DNA of 53,088 nucleotides, counting the filler, from Dimargaris cristalligena (Eukaryota), in assembly GCA_003614675.1 (NCBI GenBank). It is 3 parts of 3 records of this genome, joined end to end, with 100 filler letters (N's around TTAATTAATTAA, not from the genome) between each part and the next. Parts side by side here need not be neighbours in the genome. Positions count along the whole stretch, not along the records: positions 35,465 to 53,088 come from ML002795.1; 2 more parts are not named here. One strand, written 5' to 3'. The first letter of the stretch is position 1, and each line of letters begins with the position of its first letter. Positions 47,252-53,088 of the stretch are shown piece after piece. Both the position numbers and the translations under genes were made by a program. The notes below the pieces were generated by a model that had not been told where the DNA came from, did not search any database, and worked only from the letters and a program-made list of their open reading frames with translations.

Positions 47252-47442
47252 ATGAACTGATAAATGAATCGCTCGACCCTATTCACTCTGTTTTTACCCA
47301 GGATAACACTTCTAGTGCAATTAAATTGCTATACTTGGCCGACTCTACACACTTGGTTCAATATAAAGCAGTGGTGAATGAGATTAATTGGACATTGTTT
47401 ATTCATAGTCGGGCCCTTCGGCTATCAAAAAGTACCCACGAA

Positions 47443-50294
47443 CTATTTACCGATACAGAACTGGCTGAACAAAACATCGAGGATATCCTCCACGCCCACT
47501 CGACCGGTAATCTTACCAATCGCTTGGGCTCCATAGCGTAGCTCCTCGGCCGCCAGCACAACATCACCTTCCTCCATGTCCAAGAATGTCTCGAGACACT
47601 CCAGACAGTCCCGTAGTTGCTGGCGGTGCCGGACCTGAGTAATCAAGGGTTGGGGGGCGGAGCTGGTATCAAATTGGGACTGGATATGAGCGGCGAGAGA
47701 ATGTAATAGGTCATCGAACCCCGCCTGTGTGTGGCAGGATAACGAAGCCACTGGACTTCCGGGTCGGAGTTGCTGGAGGTGCTGAATCCATTCGGCTAGT
47801 AGCGGTGGGGGCACAAGATCGCACTTGTTAAACACCCACAGGTTGGTCGGGACCCCTTCGTCTTGTGGCAGTCCCCCCAAATCGGGGTGTGGGGCCAGCT
47901 GGTCCACTATCGAAGTCAGATTGGGAAGAATATTGGCACGGTCTGGTAGGAGGGCCGCGGCATCGATGAGAAAAACCCTTAGGTCAGCGGTTCGCATTCT
48001 GAGAAATCGGGGTGAACCAAAAATAAAAATAGAAAACATGCTTATAAATACAAGTTACAGTCAAGGGCAGGACAGGGCGGCGGGTAACAGGTGTGTCGAT
48101 AAAATAAAGGTAAAGTGCATTAGATACATGCAGGTTATTCTAGTTACCCAATGTCACCACTTCTAGACTACTGACCTTTCCCGGGCTCGTCGCATACCCT
48201 CCATTTCGATGACATCAGTGGACTCGTGGAGACCAGCTGTATCCGAGATGACAACAGGGTAACCACCAATATCTATTGTGGACTCCAGAACATCGCGAGT
48301 AGTTCCGGCAACTGGGGAAACGATTGCTACCTGACGTTGGGCTGGATCAGACCAGATCAGATTAATATTCAAAAATAATGAATAGAGGTGGTATTATAAT
48401 GTCGGGGTTAATCAACTGTTCAATTGATATAGCCATGGGTAGACAATTTTAAGTATATATACTTGTTCCTAAAAAGCCAAGCTATTAACATGGCGGCGAT
48501 GTATTCATTCGCACTTGGGGTTAAGGCACATGATTTTAGACTACCGTACATACCTAATAAGTTTAAGAAGCTACTTTTGCCGACATTGGGTGGCCCAATA
48601 ATAGCAACATGGATACCCGACCGGATTATCTCACCCCGACGCTCGTCACTTACGTAGCTTTGGATATCATTTGCCAGCTTTTCAATAGTGCTACGAACTG
48701 GTAGGTAAGTCAGTACAAAAAAAAATAGGAATATTTAGTAAGACGGTGGACCAGGTAATATATTGTAGTTGGTGGATAAAAATAAACCGCCAGCTTTTCG
48801 TGATAATATACTGTTAAATATATGAGGCTGGTAGATCATGTATAGCGTATCAGTTAGGAACTGATAAATAGCAAAATAATACGGTAGGTCTAGTACCGCA
48901 TCCACCTTACCATTTGCATACACTCCCTCCTCTATGTTTTCATCTTCACCGAAATCAATAACAGCCTCCAAGTTGGCCAGTGATGATACTAGTAACGAAC
49001 GCCACTGTTCGTAGATCGTGTACAGTCCGCCCTAGGTGTTACAAACATCGAAGCGCAATACATTATATGTAACTAAGTTAGACCACTGTCCGTCATTAGT
49101 AAATAGGACAGGGTGATTATCTACGCCTCACCGGATCATAATATCAAGTATACTTACCTCAGCCTGTCGAAGCGCCTGTTTCCTTTGGGCCTCCGTTTCG
49201 GCATTTAATAAGTCTACTAACCCTTCCAGGGACGTGAGGTCGAGTTTATCGTTGTCGAACGCCCTGGTTGGATAGCAGGCAGTCGATTACCAATGACACG
49301 ATATTAAAAAGGTTAGGGTTATCGTTCATAGACTGTCCTTGTATCAAGAATATTACCACCACCAAATGTTTATGTGGGATACATAAAACCGGCTGAATAA
49401 AATAATATCCTACCGTCGTGAAAACTCGCCAGCCTCCGCCATTCGAAATCCACTGATTAAGGCAAGATTTTCGAGAATGGCCCTAATTACAGCGGCTCCG
49501 CCATGGGCATGAAACTCGACCACGTCCTCGCCAGTATAACTATGTGGACCTATAGCCAGCGTCTCCCAGGCAAAAGCAAAAGAGTCATAGAGGTTAGTGC
49601 AAAAATTAAGGATCATTTAGATTCGGATGGGCCGACTAGATATTGTATACATAACAACGGTAGGTGGGGCAAACGTAAATCACCTTCCCGGCTCTCCTTT
49701 GTTATCGATAAGTAAAAGAAACTGGTGCGAATTCACATTCAGATATATCACTTACCAGGGAAAAACACCGCAAGGCCGCGGTCTAGCACAATACCAGTGG
49801 TGGGGGATATGATTCGTCGCCCAGTCACTCGCCGCGGTTTGGGAATAATGCCCGTGTCTGAATCGGAGCTTTGGAGCGACCTGGTCATTCTTAACAACGC
49901 CTATTTACAATTATAAAAGGTCAGAAGCCCCACAACCAGCTGTTAGACAATACACTGCCTAATTATGAACGCTTGGTGTAAAATATCTCAATTATTTGGG
50001 AGGGTGAATATATATATATAAACTTACCTGGGTAGCTCGTGGGCCCGATATCCGGACAACCGCGACTCCGGCTTTACCTGGGGCTGAAGCCAGCGCGAAA
50101 ATGGTCGGTTGGGTAAGGGGCGTTGGTTCTACCTGGGTGCCTATATAACGGGCTGTCGAATGGACGGTAGGAATGGTCGTGTGGGGTTTGGCTGCCCTGG
50201 AAACCAATGGGCTTGGTAGAGGCCGCACCCCATGTACCCAAGGAGGGAATCGACGCCTGTTCAGAATAGCAATCACTCGAGTCGGGCGAAACAT
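47443..50294 (-). CDS. MSS1: Mitochondrial tRNA-modification GTPase MnmE/GTPBP3 (546 aa; exons 50294-50028, 49900-49756, 49549-49414, 49263-49158, 49031-48911, 48697-48554, 48341-48176, 47998-47443)
   Basis: Presequence, [58 protein letters not shown]1 GPPNVGKS, G2 GTTRD, G3 DTAG, G4 NKCD, terminal FCIGK. Seven phase-consistent GT-AG introns. Confidence 0.96.
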
Positions 50295-53088
50295 GGCAGC
50301 TGTCCCAAAGGAATAGACTGGGTATAAATAATTGAGTTGATAAACATGCGTAACTGCGAATGGCGTACCCTTGGTCTAGTCGCACTAGCCTCATGCCCCC
50401 CCGTCAGTGGAGCCATGTTTCTAACTATACTGAGGCCAATATGTAATGTTGAAATGCGAATATTTACTTAAGCCACACCTCACTCTCCTCCTTAAACTGC
50501 AAGGCACGTGATTGGAAAAATATGATATTTATGGAGACAGACAATCTGGAATAATGGAAATAGCCCATTTAACTCATATACAAATGTGTAGTACTGTAGA
50601 GTGCAGGTAGTTGACAGTTGAATTAAATACCTGGTTCCTTTACTGGTTACGATTCCATTGTTAGCGTAAATGACTGCTCCGTCAATCACATTCCTTCAAT
50701 TTATCCCACAAAACTAAAGATCCATCATATACTATTCATTCTTTTGCCTGTTATCTTGCAATATTATCGCCTTTCATCAGAAGGTGGTGACAAATTCGGC
50801 TATTCGACTATACCGCCTTTCATTCTTGCTAAATCAATCAACCCTTTTATAAATAAATTCGGGAAAAACGCCATGTTTCACCCCAGCTACAGTATTCCCA
50901 ATTCCCCGCTGTAAGTCCCGGTCCAGTCTGACACACCCGAAGTCCCTGCGAGTGGCCCGAACCTCCCGCCGAGTTTCCCGGCTTTTACCCTCAATGGCAT
51001 AATTCCCGACCCAACGGGTCCACCGGGCCTCGGCACAGAAATAGCAATATTAACAACTGGTATGAAAGTGTAAATACGTTTCACCCACTAAAAACATAAT
51101 TATCTTGGGCTTATAATCTATAATCTCGGAATGTTGCAAATTTACTGAGACTTGGGATTGACTATCATTGATTACTGGAGATTACGAGCTATCGCTTCCA
51201 GCTATTTTAAACGTTTCCACCATTGAAATTCCCCCTGGACGTAGGCCATATCACCAACAATTGGTAGGCGGATATGACTGTAAAATTTATTCTCCACTTT
51301 CCTATTCTTAGGCCATTAGTGAGGCCAGCATATTTTGTTAGAGAGTTAGTACGCTACCTGATAGGAATTGCCTGTAATGACAACCAAGGCAGCTTGGGTG
51401 TTGGAAATTAGCTGAATAATAGGCTTAAAAGAATAGGGCAGTATTCCCAGAAGCCCGTACAACAATAGCGGGCTGGTTTAAGTGAACTACCTTATATTAC
51501 ATGAGGTGGCGTTAGTTCAAGGGACCATGGGTGCAATACTTTATTCTGCAGATGATTTAGGTAAGCCACGGTATTCTTCTTTAATATCCAATGACCCTCA
51601 CTCCACTGACGACCCCGGTGTGTTTTATCTGTTTATGGGTGGGCCATGGAATGGTAACGGGGGCTATCTAGAATGATGGTGGCTATTGATGTAGACCACG
51701 TCAGACCTCTCACGTCCCCTACTGGGCAGTGCATAAAGAACCAGTCAAAGTAGCCTTACTCTGTTCTCAGCAACACTACTACAAAGGCCCTGACTAGGAT
51801 GGCTTAAGGGGGTGGCAATACCTGACTTGACCATATATCTAGAGCCATCCATGGCCGGGCCAAACACTTCTCCCATGTTCTTTCACTTTTATACTTCCCT
51901 TTTGTTGGGCCCTGACCCACAAGCAATTACCTGTGTCCTAACTGTGATGTTTTACGACCCTTGTCTAACACACATAATATTACTGGTGTGTCCCTTCGCG
52001 TCTCCTTAATTATCATTTAGCAGTTCGAGTCATCACTGCTTTGCATTACTCCGGGTTACCCCAGCCCGACCACAACATGCCATAATTGTGTCCCGCTTTC
52101 AGTAACTACATTAACTTCTTATAAAAAGGATGTCTTCGGTGCATGTCGAAAAACAACAATTAACACAACTCCCAACACTCTACATCATCACCATTTTAGT
52201 TCTTCTATTTATCTTCCTATTTTTACCTATTATTTTATTATACCCTGAATAAACCTTCATCTTAACACCAACATTGACATTGGATAAACTGGGGTTCTCT
52301 CTAAACACTTAAATTGTCACACTAACAACCCCTTGACCCCTACCACCCCATGGTCTTGACTTGTCTCACATGACTTCATTGGTGAAGGGCCTTCATGCTG
52401 CTCTAGGGCAGCTCTGATCGACTACCCTGTTTCAAGACCCCTGGACAGTTGCTGGCTAAGTTCTTTTGGCACTCGGTGCCATCTACCTAACAATGGTGAG
52501 TATACCCTACACCTTACTACCCCCAGCTTGAGTAGCACATCTATCAATACATGTTTTTGGTGAAGTAGTCACCTTGCTTCCAGTTGTTCAACCATTTCAG
52601 TTGTTTTTAACCACGATGTAGATATATCCATAATGGGGTTGCTCATAGCTGGTGTATGAGTGCTTCTTTCTACTGACAGCTAAGCTACCTGGTCTGTGGT
52701 ATGCTGGGTTTGGGCCCTTTAATTTCATATATCACATGATAAGTGTGTTGCAAATGATTTGAGGGCCTCCGCTGGTTTGCCTTTGGGAGAGTTGGCAGGA
52801 GGGGGAACCTCCAGTTTCTTTCCACTAGATGGCTCACCATATTTCATCATATAATGCGGAGTGTTGGACTTTGCTGGGTTCGAGGGGGTTGAGACTGAGG
52901 TGGCCTTGGGGAAGTTGCTGCTGAGTTCCTGGTTGTCCATTGCATCATATGTCGTCATCTTGCATCATTGGTTGTTAAAGAAAATATAAAAAATGAAACG
53001 TTATGATCAAACGGTGTAATCAATTTAGTACTTGGGGATACCAAAACTTTGAACTGAATAGATGAAACTAATAAAGTAAAATAGAACT

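Noticed and set aside
52120-52255. TATAAAAG followed by a hydrophobic-reading stretch (ILVLLFIFLFLPIILL)
   Set aside because: No ATG, a stop follows quickly, and T-rich DNA reads as hydrophobic by default.
1-53088. CRISPR arrays, rRNA, snRNA, U12-type introns, biosynthetic gene cluster
   Set aside because: No regular repeat-spacer array, recognisable structural RNA or GTATCCT/ATATCCT donor among modelled introns; the genes are functionally unrelated.

Overview
Fungal genomic DNA (GT/GC-AG introns, CTAAC/CTAAT branch sites). The gene style suggests an early-diverging lineage, possibly a zoopagomycete, but this is inference only. The window is three contigs joined by artificial N44-TTAATTAATTAA-N44 spacers at 17636-17735 and 35365-35464. 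Contig 1: 5' end of VIP1 (PPIP5K), then HIS5, RAD3/XPD, EHD3/HIBCH and EXO84; the last four are GC-rich and mostly in long exons. Contig 2: gene-poor, with one Msn2/4-type C2H2 factor and two inverted, CpG-depleted LTR copies of a Ty3/gypsy-like element. Contig 3: an intronless ORF combining a signal peptide, an acidic region and tandem C2H2 fingers; intron-rich genes for CENP-H, an Ebp1/Arx1-like M24-fold protein, PIH1 (with a GC-AG intron) and MSS1/MnmE; and an intronless GNAT gene broken by one in-frame TAG. Best lead: the apparently secreted transcription-factor-like zinc-finger protein at 37310-37981. Next are repeat-targeted CpG/RIP-like hypermutation of the LTR pair and the single-stop GNAT. 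All homology calls are from recognised motifs; no database searches were run.
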